This document shows positions 16,395 through 25,421 of a stretch of 42,868 nucleotides of DNA, in pieces. A model generated the notes under the pieces. It was not told the DNA's origin. It did not search any database and saw only the letters and a program-made list of their open reading frames with translations. This stretch comes from a virus. The stretch covers positions 1 through 42,868 of IMG/VR virus record IMGVR_UViG_3300010331_000021; one strand, 5' to 3'. Made by a program: the position numbers and the translations under genes. Each line of letters begins with the position of its first letter. Positions within the stretch are counted from its first letter, which is position 1.

Positions 16395-18091
16395 TAAGCA
16401 CCTCCCGGTTCGTGCATTCGCCTATAAATTTCCATTTCCTGCATCAGTTCTTCAACGTCTTGCTTGCGGTTGTTGATGAATGTCGCGATACTGAGGGTTA
16501 ATCCACCACCTGAGCCACCCGCTTTACCATTCTTCGCCATTTCCATGCTGACATCGTGCGGGATGACGCGACTTCCGCTAGGTAAATCAATGATCTCTCC
16601 GCCTAATTCGTTGACTCTTGCATATCCTCCAGGATGGTTGTCTGTTCCATTGGCATACGGAGTAGCGTGTGACGAAAGCATTTGTCCTGATTTGTAATTT
16701 GTAATCTGGGTAGTTGTCACCGTGGAGGATTTGTCATTCATCTTAGTGCGATTAAATTTATCGAGTACCCACTGAACCCCATCAATGACCTTCTTTATGC
16801 CGCCGAAGACTGAACTAAAAATATTAGCAACTAAATCTAAACCCGGTTTTATGAAGTCATATATTCCTTTTACTACCTTGATTAGCCCAGTTATCCCATC
16901 AATCACATTTTTTACGACCAATACTAATATAGGGAAAACTATCTCAAAGATCGCCTTGATTCCTGGCATTGCCTTTTGAACTGTACCCCAGAGACCCATG
17001 ATGATAGGCATTAAATCTGATTTTATCGTAGCAACAAGTTTATCAAAGGATGGCTTCAGATAATCATACGCCTTCATTACAGCGGCTTTAATAGCAGGAA
17101 AGTATTCATCAAATTTCTGCTTAAGGAGTTGAAAAGTCGGTATTACATGGTCCGTGACAAAGTCGCTAACAAACTTTATCTCAGCTTTTATAATAGCGAA
17201 TTCAACCTTAAACATTTCTTTTATGCTCGGGATGTTCGGCTTTATCCAGTTCCAGAACTTATCGAATGCCGGTATTAGCATCTCGGTAACAAAACCGCCC
17301 ACATACCTAAATGCCTCTCCGATAACGTCAAAGGTCTTTGTGAAGAAATCTGCGATAGCTGGAAGGTGAGGCGTAACCCACGTCATGAATTGGGTCAGTT
17401 TAGGCAGTAAGGCCGCGCCTAATGTCTCCGTAACATTTCCCATTGCATTTTGAAGAATAACGAGTTGACCTGCGAAGGTCTTTCCGGCCGCTTCTGCTGA
17501 TCCGCCGAACTCTTTCGCCAGCTCAGCTAGAATAATCTTTTGCGCTCCCATGATGTTACCGGATTTTTGCATAGTTTCAATTTGCTTCTTCTGGCCATCG
17601 GTAAAGCTAACGCCAACTCTGGAAAGTGCGGTTACTCCCTTTATCGGATCATTCAAAGCTTTACCTAGTGCGATGGACTGCCCCGCCGCATCCCCACCAA
17701 GCGCTGTTGCCATATCTAAGGCTGTTTTGGTGACTTCGGGGAATATCTTACTGCCGATATTAGTAAACGTCAGGAGCAATGCCTGCGCCGCCTGTGTGGA
17801 CTCTGCGCTGAACTTGGTCGTCTTCTCTAATCCGTCGGCAAGGTCTGTTAGTTGATCCCTAGTTACTCCGGCTGTTCCACCGGTTGACTTTAGGACAGCA
17901 TCTAGTTGAGCAAGCGAACTTTCTGCCTCAGAGGCATCTTTTATGCTTGCTATGGCTATGCCACCAACCGCTACAGCGAGAGCAGCTCCCCATTTGGCAA
18001 CTGACCCGATCATGCCGCCGAAAGTTGCGCCTGTTTTCTTGGCCTTTCCGTCTAGGTGATCGAGTTTCCCTTCTACCCCTTCATCTTTCAA
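16394..18091 (-). CDS. Tail tape measure protein
   Basis: 565 aa, Ala/Gly-rich and helical. The core reads LAQLDAVLKSTGGTAGVTRDQL...ALSRVGVSFTDGQKKQI. It lies downstream of the chaperone pair. The start codon is uncertain (TTG in the track). Confidence 0.85.
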   Translation of the reverse strand: MKDEGVEGKLDHLDGKAKKTGATFGGMIGSVAKWGAALAVAVGGIAIASIKDASEAESSLAQLDAVLKSTGGTAGVTRDQLTDLADGLEKTTKFSAESTQAAQALLLTFTNIGSKIFPEVTKTALDMATALGGDAAGQSIALGKALNDPIKGVTALSRVGVSFTDGQKKQIETMQKSGNIMGAQKIILAELAKEFGGSAEAAGKTFAGQLVILQNAMGNVTETLGAALLPKLTQFMTWVTPHLPAIADFFTKTFDVIGEAFRYVGGFVTEMLIPAFDKFWNWIKPNIPSIKEMFKVEFAIIKAEIKFVSDFVTDHVIPTFQLLKQKFDEYFPAIKAAVMKAYDYLKPSFDKLVATIKSDLMPIIMGLWGTVQKAMPGIKAIFEIVFPILVLVVKNVIDGITGLIKVVKGIYDFIKPGLDLVANIFSSVFGGIKKVIDGVQWVLDKFNRTKMNDKSSTVTTTQITNYKSGQMLSSHATPYANGTDNHPGGYARVNELGGEIIDLPSGSRVIPHDVSMEMAKNGKAGGSGGGLTLSIATFINNRKQDVEELMQEMEIYRRMHEPGGA

Positions 18092-18129
18092 CAGGACCGA
18101 TCCAAAGAGCTCAAAAATCTGAATAGTAA

Positions 18130-18390
18130 TTACCTCCCCTCGTCAGCCGCTTTGATTAGCTCAGCATCTTTTAATATCTGTTTCTTATCCAAATTTATCT
18201 TAACTACTAAGAATTTAGCTTTGTAATTTTCATACGTTATGAAGTTTTCATGCGTCATCAACGCCCGATCGCACAGGTATTGTTGCCATTGCCTATCTTC
18301 AAACTCTTGTTTGATGGCATCAGCGAGTAGTTTTGTTATGTTCTTCAGGGGTAACTTTGATGTGGGGTCTAGTCCATAATGGCTATGCAA
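18130..18390 (-). CDS. Downstream (T-like) part of the tail assembly chaperone, reached by a -1 frameshift
   Basis: It lacks a good start of its own. Its frame is exactly -1 relative to 18396..18746 (checked by coordinate arithmetic). Confidence 0.6.
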   Translation of the reverse strand: MHSHYGLDPTSKLPLKNITKLLADAIKQEFEDRQWQQYLCDRALMTHENFITYENYKAKFLVVKINLDKKQILKDAELIKAADEGR

Positions 18391-18395
18391 GAGAT

Positions 18396-18746
18396 TTAGG
18401 CTTTTGGAGTATCCAATTGCATAGCAAGTCCTAAAAAATCGGTTGTTTCAGTATCCGTAAATATCTTCCTCAAGGTATTGATTGTAAGCATAAAGCTCTG
18501 TTCCTTTACTTCCTCAATCGTTTTTTCCTCGAAAACTGATACTATCTCGAATACTTCCTCTTTGACCTTTGGGGAGTTTTTTAAAATGTACTTAAAAAGG
18601 TCAATCCCAACCAGCTTTTTGCTGATGTTTGTTTTGCCTTCTGTTTCTTTTGCTAGGTTCTCTCTAAAAGTATTGATATCTAATTTGTCGTAAATCTCCG
18701 TGAACGAGGGGAGAAGATCAAAGGCCTTTTCGGATGAAACACTCAT
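18396..18746 (-). CDS. Tail assembly chaperone (gpG-like)
   Basis: 116 aa, acidic, located between the major tail protein and the tape measure. Confidence 0.7.
   Translation of the reverse strand: MSVSSEKAFDLLPSFTEIYDKLDINTFRENLAKETEGKTNISKKLVGIDLFKYILKNSPKVKEEVFEIVSVFEEKTIEEVKEQSFMLTINTLRKIFTDTETTDFLGLAMQLDTPKA
18432..18438 (-). promoter_or_regulatory. Slippery heptamer T_TTT_TTA for a programmed -1 frameshift (G to G-T fusion)
   Basis: The minus strand reads GAT TTT TTA in the zero frame of 18396..18746, 12 codons before its stop. A -1 slip enters the frame of 18130..18390. Confidence 0.65.
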
Positions 18747-18807
18747 AATTTACCTCCAATTCAATTAGAAAAGCACCTCATAGTGGAGGTGCTTTAAGTG
18801 TTATTTC

Positions 18808-19686
18808 TTAGTTGTTGACTACAGCCATAGCTCCGAACGATCCGAGTGCTACACCGCTAAGCGACTTAACGTCACTCGCATCAGCCACAGGCTTGGCATA
18901 AGCCACAGTTACCACCTGTCCTGCCGTTGGTGGAGTAGTTAGGGTCAACAGGATGGTATTGAATTGGTTCACACCGCGTGCCGATGCTGTGACTACGTCT
19001 GCCACGCCTGCCACTGTTACTGCAAAGCCATCAAGAGGGATGACCGCTGCCATCGTGTCGCTGAACCCGATCAATACTTTTGCATTGTCAATGATCGGAC
19101 TGCCTAAGACTTTAAGCAATACACCATCAACTACTTTAGGGTACCTTATTTCATAAGGCAGGATTGTTGGAGTCGTTGGATCTCCAAAGGCCGTAAACGT
19201 GATTGGCAATACGTTGTCTTTATCATCCTCAGTCTTAAACTTCAATCCATCTGTGTTCAAGACATTTTTCAGAATGATAATAACGGGCTTTGCTGATCCG
19301 GAAATTCTACCGACAAGCGCGATATTCTCCAAGTAATCGGAATCGGCTATGGTGGTTTTCCCTGTGATAATGTCATAGTCTACATTACCAGCAGTATCGG
19401 CCTCACCCATTAATGCCATTGTTAGAATATCTGTGGTCACTTCAAGCAAGTTTGCTTTAAGAGTAATTTCCACATTCGTAACGAAGCGAAGTCCTTTGCT
19501 CAGGTTTTTAACTCCGTCTACTTTTACGTCTCTTGTCGAGACATTAACAACGAACTCATTTCCTCCGGCTGTTGCAGAGATTAACGCTTCTCCAGCTAAT
19601 CCGTAGTTCTTATATAAGGCCCCTGCGTCAATCAATAGATTATCTGGTGTAGTTGCTGAGAACCCTAATGTGCTTTCACTAAGCAT
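18808..19686 (-). CDS. Major tail protein with a C-terminal Ig-like extension
   Basis: 292 aa, located upstream of the chaperones. The C-terminal VTVAGVADVVTASARGV...LTLTTPPTAGQVVTVAY is Ig-like. Confidence 0.8.
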   Translation of the reverse strand: MLSESTLGFSATTPDNLLIDAGALYKNYGLAGEALISATAGGNEFVVNVSTRDVKVDGVKNLSKGLRFVTNVEITLKANLLEVTTDILTMALMGEADTAGNVDYDIITGKTTIADSDYLENIALVGRISGSAKPVIIILKNVLNTDGLKFKTEDDKDNVLPITFTAFGDPTTPTILPYEIRYPKVVDGVLLKVLGSPIIDNAKVLIGFSDTMAAVIPLDGFAVTVAGVADVVTASARGVNQFNTILLTLTTPPTAGQVVTVAYAKPVADASDVKSLSGVALGSFGAMAVVNN

Positions 19687-19701
19687 TAAAGATCACTCCT
19701 T

Positions 19702-20073
19702 TTATTTTCTATGTGTTTTGACTACATACCTGAGCTCCCTGCGCTGAATTCCGATCTCTGGATCCGGAAGGGATAACCGGCACGGAGTGTTTTTGTATAT
19801 CGAGACAAAGAAATTGGTGTCATTGTGCTTCAGCCTATTTAATGCGGCATTAATTGAATCCGCTATGCCCTCGATTGCTCTGATGTCCGTGCCAAGATTG
19901 TGCCATACGTTTATGGCAAGAATATTATTGTCAGAGAACGTGTTATTGGGTGTGACGTCGAACTTGAAGTCTGCATACGGATATACTTTTTCTTCTTCTT
20001 CGGGGTAGTGGTCTGCATAGCATGGAACAATCGGTTCGATGATAGAAGAAATAAGAGTAATTAATTTAAGCAT
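19702..20073 (-). CDS. Tail completion/terminator-like protein (by position)
   Basis: 123-aa ORF between the gp10-like gene and the major tail gene. Confidence 0.5.
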   Translation of the reverse strand: MLKLITLISSIIEPIVPCYADHYPEEEEKVYPYADFKFDVTPNNTFSDNNILAINVWHNLGTDIRAIEGIADSINAALNRLKHNDTNFFVSIYKNTPCRLSLPDPEIGIQRRELRYVVKTHRK

Positions 20074-20426
20074 TACCCACCGCCTAACCGGTTACGATAA
20101 ATTTCATTGATCACATTCTTGATTTTAGGGATTGCCGCATTCGTCCCGGGCTCCAAGTATGGGTTAGCTTTCTGCCGGCTACTCCCTTTCTCGACTACAA
20201 GTCCGTAGGGAGCTGCAGCTGTTACACCAATAATTACTCCTTCGTCGTTTTGCATTGGCTCAGAAGCAATACTTCTTCTCAGATTTCCGGGCTCTGCGGT
20301 TCCAACGCCTACTGGTGTAACGCTTTGAACCTCCGCGACTGCTAACGTCCCAACTTTTACACAGGCCTCATGCTTGCAATCTTTTAAAACGGCCTTAACT
20401 TTATCCTTGTAAGATGTAAATCTCAT
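20073..20426 (-). CDS. HK97 gp10-family tail/neck component
   Basis: 117 aa. GNLRRSI...YGLVVEKGSS...NPYLEPG matches the gp10-like pattern. Confidence 0.7.
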   Translation of the reverse strand: MRFTSYKDKVKAVLKDCKHEACVKVGTLAVAEVQSVTPVGVGTAEPGNLRRSIASEPMQNDEGVIIGVTAAAPYGLVVEKGSSRQKANPYLEPGTNAAIPKIKNVINEIYRNRLGGG

Positions 20427-20731
20427 TACGTCGCCACCGTTTCAAAGGTCATAACCTCGAAATAATCCCAGGCTATGATCTTTTTCACTTCGTGTTTTTC
20501 TGCGCCGTACATCAAAATAGTTCCGATCTTTATGCCGGATATGTCGTCGATGAAGAATCGTTTTGTTACTTCGATATTGTATCCATAGTTCTTCAACAAT
20601 AGCTCAGCAGAATAGGGTTGCATGTCACAATCGATTGTTTTCGTGAGTGTGAGAACGCCGGGGATAGTAATACCGCCTACTTTTGTACTGGGTCCTCTAT
20701 TCCACACGCCAACTTTATATTTTTTCAACAT
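20426..20731 (-). CDS. Head closure / head-tail adaptor protein
   Basis: 101 aa. The call rests on position and size, plus coupled start/stop overlaps. Confidence 0.65.
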   Translation of the reverse strand: MLKKYKVGVWNRGPSTKVGGITIPGVLTLTKTIDCDMQPYSAELLLKNYGYNIEVTKRFFIDDISGIKIGTILMYGAEKHEVKKIIAWDYFEVMTFETVAT

Positions 20732-20735
20732 AGCT

Positions 20736-21044
20736 TCACCTCATCCGGATATATGGAGAAGGTAATAAGGCCTTTACAGCCTCCGGAAGATCGTCGGCAT
20801 AAGTTCCGCTTCTGGATCCTTGCGCGAAGCTCTTAAGGCCCTCATTTCCCCTCTTGGCCATAGCAGTGACAACATACTTGCTAACCGCTTCAGGGTACAA
20901 AGTCTGAACGTCCATAGTGCTGGCAACTTTGAGATAGTTCTTGATTAACACGGTGCCCTCTTTGACGTAGACGTTTAACAGTACATCCTTAGAAGAATCT
21001 AGCAATTCAATGCCCAGTACAGCTTTAATTTCATCAATTGGCAT
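20736..21044 (-). CDS. gp6-like head-tail connector protein
   Basis: 102 aa. MPIDEIKAVLGIE...LIKNYL is the typical N-terminus of this connector family. Confidence 0.7.
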   Translation of the reverse strand: MPIDEIKAVLGIELLDSSKDVLLNVYVKEGTVLIKNYLKVASTMDVQTLYPEAVSKYVVTAMAKRGNEGLKSFAQGSRSGTYADDLPEAVKALLPSPYIRMR

Positions 21045-21202
21045 TACTCGTCACCTTTGCTCTCGGATGCCACTTTTTCGGCTTCTAACTCTTTGGCCTT
21101 AGCTATCTCTTTAGCCGTTTTATCGGATGCCGCTTTTTCGGCTTCTAACTCTTTGGCCTTAGCCAGCGCTCTGCGTTTTCTTTGAAATGCTGTTGCACTC
21201 AT
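21044..21202 (-). CDS. 52-aa Lys/Glu/Ala-rich protein containing an internal duplication
   Basis: Own translation: MSATAFQRKRRALAKAKELEAEKAASDKTAKEIAKAKELEAEKVASESKGDE. GGAGGT RBS present. Its stop overlaps the next start by 1 nt. Confidence 0.5.
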   Translation of the reverse strand: MSATAFQRKRRALAKAKELEAEKAASDKTAKEIAKAKELEAEKVASESKGDE

Positions 21203-21251
21203 CGTCTGTACCTCCGATCAATAAGAATAGGGGGATTGCTCCCCCTGATAA

Positions 21252-22202
21252 TTAGGCTAGTTTGTGTTTGAAGATGATCAAGCGTACATTTTTAGTCTCG
21301 TACACTTTGGTCCAGTTGGTGGCTGTTGCGACTTCGGCATAGGTTGGCGTAGCACCAACGACCGCAACTTCATTCCACTTGACACCCCGAGGATGGATAA
21401 TGAAGTGCTGTCGGTTGATGAGGATATCTTCACCCAACAGCTTATCTCTGTCCGTCTCTGTAGGAACCGGAGCCGCGCCATTACCCAAGCCAAACACGCC
21501 TTGTCCGAACATGTACGTGGTATAGATTCCACCGGCAACAGGACAGGCATCATCGACGATAACCCGATACCCCAAGTAGGTAGCAATTCGGACGTTAGCA
21601 TCGGCAGTCGGGAAGTATATGATCAGGTCGTCTTGCTGTAATTTAGTGTATGTCGCGGAGTGCATCCCGATCGCCCCGAGTTTCCCGGAAGCATCTCCAA
21701 GCTTTTGTTTTGCGTTGAGCGTTTCCTTACCGGAGATTACAGCCAACCCGCCAATCGCGGCAGAGATATCGTAGACATTTTCAGGGATTGCCGTTTCAAT
21801 ACCCGCGAGAGACTTGAACAGGATCTTGCTTCTTTCACCAGCCCAAAATTTCGCAACCTTAGAGCCAATTACAGCCATTGGGTCAGCCCCGGAGAGTGCT
21901 TCAGCTAGGTCATTTACTCCCCAGGCTTTACCACGCATGTGTAATCGTGCTTTATCCTGGCCCGTGGTGATCGCATTAACCCCGAGGGCAACGGTGTCAG
22001 ACAGCCCTTCCGAGTCTCCGGTGAGGTCATTGAAGAAAGGCATATTGACCAGGTTACCCCCGGTTCTTGCAAGGACGTCAAAAGCGGGATCGTTGTTTAT
22101 GATCCCGGATTGCATAAATGCATCGAGACGGTTGGTTTCCTGAATTACGTATGGGTTAAATACCGCTGGGATGATGATGTCACTAATTTTAACTGCTGGC
22201 AT
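21252..22202 (-). CDS. Major capsid protein
   Basis: 316 aa, downstream of the scaffold gene. Several antisense ORFs in the track are nested inside it. Confidence 0.8.
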   Translation of the reverse strand: MPAVKISDIIIPAVFNPYVIQETNRLDAFMQSGIINNDPAFDVLARTGGNLVNMPFFNDLTGDSEGLSDTVALGVNAITTGQDKARLHMRGKAWGVNDLAEALSGADPMAVIGSKVAKFWAGERSKILFKSLAGIETAIPENVYDISAAIGGLAVISGKETLNAKQKLGDASGKLGAIGMHSATYTKLQQDDLIIYFPTADANVRIATYLGYRVIVDDACPVAGGIYTTYMFGQGVFGLGNGAAPVPTETDRDKLLGEDILINRQHFIIHPRGVKWNEVAVVGATPTYAEVATATNWTKVYETKNVRLIIFKHKLA

Positions 22203-22226
22203 ATTTATTACCTCTTTCCGTTTCTA

Positions 22227-22865
22227 TTATTTTGCTGACGCCATTAATTGCGCCGCGAGTGCTGGGTTTTCCGTGAAGATCTTACCTTGAGCCGTCAGGT
22301 TGAAACTGTCTTTAGCCCATGGATTCTTTGTGCCTGCTCCCCCTCCACCATTCGGCGGGATATATGTGCCTTTTAATCGTTCGGCAACGACGGCCTCGAT
22401 ATGTGTGGAGAATACTTTTTCTAAGGACGTTAGATTAGCTGTGGTAATCGTTTCGTCCGCCCCGATCAAGAAGTCTACCAGTTCCAATGGGAGTTTCTTC
22501 TCCTGCGCGATCTTCAGTGCCTTATTCGTGAGCTCCTTGCGGATACCCTCAGACTTCATTTGTGCTAGCTCTGCTTTCAAGGTATTCATGGCCGTGTCGC
22601 GTGGATCCGCGTCAGGATGGAGCTCTTTCACTTTGGCCAGAACTAAGGTATCGAGATTATTGGTCTTCCAAGTGCTTAAGCTCTTCTCCGCGTGCTTATC
22701 CCTTTCGCTGTCCATGAAACTTTTGAAATCAGCGTCATTTAACTTGCCTTTGAATACCTCGAGAGTGGGTTGCACCATCAAACTATTCAGGTAGTTTTTG
22801 ACCTCATCATTCGCCTTGTTGGCTTCCAGGTATGTTTTGATCTCTCCGATATTTTCAACTGGCAT
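22227..22865 (-). CDS. Scaffolding protein
   Basis: 212 aa, helical and charged, immediately upstream of the capsid gene. Confidence 0.7.
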   Translation of the reverse strand: MPVENIGEIKTYLEANKANDEVKNYLNSLMVQPTLEVFKGKLNDADFKSFMDSERDKHAEKSLSTWKTNNLDTLVLAKVKELHPDADPRDTAMNTLKAELAQMKSEGIRKELTNKALKIAQEKKLPLELVDFLIGADETITTANLTSLEKVFSTHIEAVVAERLKGTYIPPNGGGGAGTKNPWAKDSFNLTAQGKIFTENPALAAQLMASAK

Positions 22866-22928
22866 TAATTTCCCTGCTTTCTGCCCTCTTGACGATTCGT
22901 CACCAAGAACGCGATAGATTTGAGCATA

Positions 22929-22950
22929 TAAAAAACACTCTTTCGAGTGC
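22929..22950 (-). terminator. Rho-independent terminator inside the head operon
   Basis: The minus strand reads CACTC-GAAA-GAGTG followed by TTTTTTAT. It begins at the stop codon of 22950..23240. Confidence 0.55.
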
Positions 22951-23240
22951 TAGATATCGAACATATTATGGTTATCCATAATGACTTGGTAAAGCATCGT
23001 GCCAAGCCTTTCAACCATGGCCTCGTCCTGCTCCTCTTTTAAGTCATACAGACAATTGTGGATTATCTCGTGTAACAGACATTCCTCTTGCCTACTCTTG
23101 GGGTAGTTCTTGTTTATCCTAATTAAGTTTTTACCCAAGATAGTTTTTCCAATGGCGTTATACTCAATTTCATCACAGTCATTAGTGAATATAACTTCCA
23201 GAGTATGTCCGCCAATCTTAACCTTTTCTGGTATGTTCAA
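22950..23240 (-). CDS. Small HExxH-motif protein (mini-zincin-like)
   Basis: 96 aa with the LLHEIIH motif, downstream of the minor head protein gene. Confidence 0.6.
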   Translation of the reverse strand: MNIPEKVKIGGHTLEVIFTNDCDEIEYNAIGKTILGKNLIRINKNYPKSRQEECLLHEIIHNCLYDLKEEQDEAMVERLGTMLYQVIMDNHNMFDI

Positions 23241-23242
23241 AA

Positions 23243-24133
23243 TTAATTAACCCCTTTCGCTTTGGCCCAGTCTTCATAATTTATATATGCGATAATCTCA
23301 CCGCTTTGATTGTCTTTGCGTGCCGATGGGCTCCATCCCTCGTAGGGTACATTTATCCAGCAACAACGATCGAGAGGGTGCAATGGCATCTGTGGGCTAC
23401 CGCCATCGTTAATATCGTATAGCTTACCATCTTGCTCAGCGCATTCTGGAGAGGTTTTACCATCCAGTGTGGCACTCCACATATGCTGTTCAACACCCGA
23501 GCTTTTACCAATATCTATTGACGCCCGCGTCTGAACTCTTGATGTCTCTGTTGCGACTAATCTTCGACTCTCATACGCTGTCACATTGAAACGGTCCCGG
23601 ATCTCTCTGCCTATTTTGTCGATCGTCATTTTCCCTTGCATCGCCTTGGTGAGCGAGTCTTGCAAGTGGTCGATCATTCCGGCTTTGTTTGACCAGATCC
23701 TATCGCTGAAAAACTCACCTTTATACTTCGCATTGACGGCTGCTTGAATGAATTCCTTTTTGAGGAGGTTGAATTTAATATTGGCCTTCAAGCCCGACTC
23801 CATAACAAAAGCATTTTTGTAGTATGTCGAGCTGAAGACCGAAGATAGCAATAGTGTGACTTGATCGATCTCACTTTGACCTAGCTTTAGCCCCATAGCC
23901 TTCAATTTTGACTTCATTCCGGTCATAAGTTGTCGTTGTTGAGCTGTTGTTAATGTTATAACCCCGTCCTTAGCGTGGTTGATATATGCTTTACCGATCA
24001 AGTCGTGTAATTCACCCATCGCGGCCTTTTGTTCCAAGTACACTGGTTTCATAGCGTCTTCAGCGTACTTCTCACCGTCGACTTTCACCTGCTCGACTAA
24101 CTTCCGGTAGGCTGGGTCAATCTTCTTAGGCAT
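23243..24133 (-). CDS. Minor head protein (SPP1 gp7 / Mu F-like)
   Basis: 296 aa, overlapping the portal gene end. ATETSRVQTRAS and C-terminal Cys/His motifs fit this family. Confidence 0.8.
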   Translation of the reverse strand: MPKKIDPAYRKLVEQVKVDGEKYAEDAMKPVYLEQKAAMGELHDLIGKAYINHAKDGVITLTTAQQRQLMTGMKSKLKAMGLKLGQSEIDQVTLLLSSVFSSTYYKNAFVMESGLKANIKFNLLKKEFIQAAVNAKYKGEFFSDRIWSNKAGMIDHLQDSLTKAMQGKMTIDKIGREIRDRFNVTAYESRRLVATETSRVQTRASIDIGKSSGVEQHMWSATLDGKTSPECAEQDGKLYDINDGGSPQMPLHPLDRCCWINVPYEGWSPSARKDNQSGEIIAYINYEDWAKAKGVN

Positions 24134-25406
24134 TAGGCACCACCGGATTCAGTAAATCATTTCCTATGGAATTGGCTTTGTTTTCCTCTTTCAGCAATGC
24201 CATCTCCGCATCCACGTTAGCCACAAAGCTTAACTGCTTAATTCCTGTCTTGGTGGATACCTTGCCATTGAGTTGACTTATGATCTGCGCCATCATGAGA
24301 TCATCCGAGGGAATGTTCGGTGTGAGTTTAGATTCTACATCACCATAGAAATAATCTTTGTTTTTCTTGACCTTCAAATACTCAAACAAGAATTGATGCC
24401 GGAGTTTAATACAATCCTGTATGGCCTGAATATTGTTCGTGCATTTCTGCTGCAATCCGATCAGCCGGTTCTTCATGGCTAGGCTTGAAGTGTTACTGGA
24501 CAGCTTTTCATTGTGATTAATGTGGTTTGAAAGCTCATACATATTTTCTCTCAGCGTGCTCATGGCATTTTGGATGAAAGTATCCGATAATGTCTTGATC
24601 AAGAACTGAGCTGAAGCCTTCTCATTGGGTAGCATCATCACGCCAAGCTTCTTCATCTTTGTTAGATCTTCATCCTCGACCGTGCAATTCGTTAATACGA
24701 GGAAAGCGTTTCGCATGTCGGAGATCTCATTCACTAGGTCAGACGTGATCGTCTCATATCCGTCCTGAGCGCCTTTGATGTTGTTGAAGAGCGATTCGTA
24801 TATGGTCCCAATATGGCACACGCTAACAGGCACCCTGCTGAACTTGGTGGACTCTGGCTCTCCCAGCAACGCAAAGCTTTCACCATCGATGGTGTAATGG
24901 GTAACGGTATTTCCCTCATAAACATCTGCATATTGCGTTTCAAGGTCGAATTTCTTCATAAAAAACCGGATTACCAGTACAACATTCCCAATATCATCCC
25001 GCAATACGTAGGCATCCCTCGGTGTTAGGATAAGTGCCGAAAATAGAGCGTCATCGTTGAGGTAATACAGTTCATAAGCCTCGTTGAACTTAAGAGCTTC
25101 CTTACATAGCTCCCGGTCATGTTTCTCGCTCCAATGGACGGTATTTACTCTTATGTCCTCAATGATCGCCGGATTGTCAGAGTGGCTCGTATAGGTAATC
25201 TTGTTACCTACGCAATACGCCGCCTCTTCCGTGATGAATTTTTGTAGCATGTTATTACTAACCTTGCTATTTGCCCGTTCCGTCACCATTTCGTAATTTG
25301 TAAGGGCGTCGGTCTTACCGTCGTAATAATCTTGCATCTTTTCGTATCCGGGTAGGTTTAATAAAAATTCTTCCCGGCATTGTTGCAATAAAGTGAGTTC
25401 TGCCAC
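24126..25406 (-). CDS. Portal protein
   Basis: 426 aa, directly downstream of terL. The call rests on size and position. Confidence 0.85.
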   Translation of the reverse strand: MAELTLLQQCREEFLLNLPGYEKMQDYYDGKTDALTNYEMVTERANSKVSNNMLQKFITEEAAYCVGNKITYTSHSDNPAIIEDIRVNTVHWSEKHDRELCKEALKFNEAYELYYLNDDALFSALILTPRDAYVLRDDIGNVVLVIRFFMKKFDLETQYADVYEGNTVTHYTIDGESFALLGEPESTKFSRVPVSVCHIGTIYESLFNNIKGAQDGYETITSDLVNEISDMRNAFLVLTNCTVEDEDLTKMKKLGVMMLPNEKASAQFLIKTLSDTFIQNAMSTLRENMYELSNHINHNEKLSSNTSSLAMKNRLIGLQQKCTNNIQAIQDCIKLRHQFLFEYLKVKKNKDYFYGDVESKLTPNIPSDDLMMAQIISQLNGKVSTKTGIKQLSFVANVDAEMALLKEENKANSIGNDLLNPVVPNA

Positions 25407-25421
25407 GTAATCAGCTCCTTT

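Noticed and set aside
21264-22143. Four ORFs (21264..21641, 21278..21601, 21660..21908, 21814..22143) inside the capsid gene region.
   Set aside because: They are antisense or alternative-frame ORFs nested in the 316-aa major capsid gene. They have no independent support.
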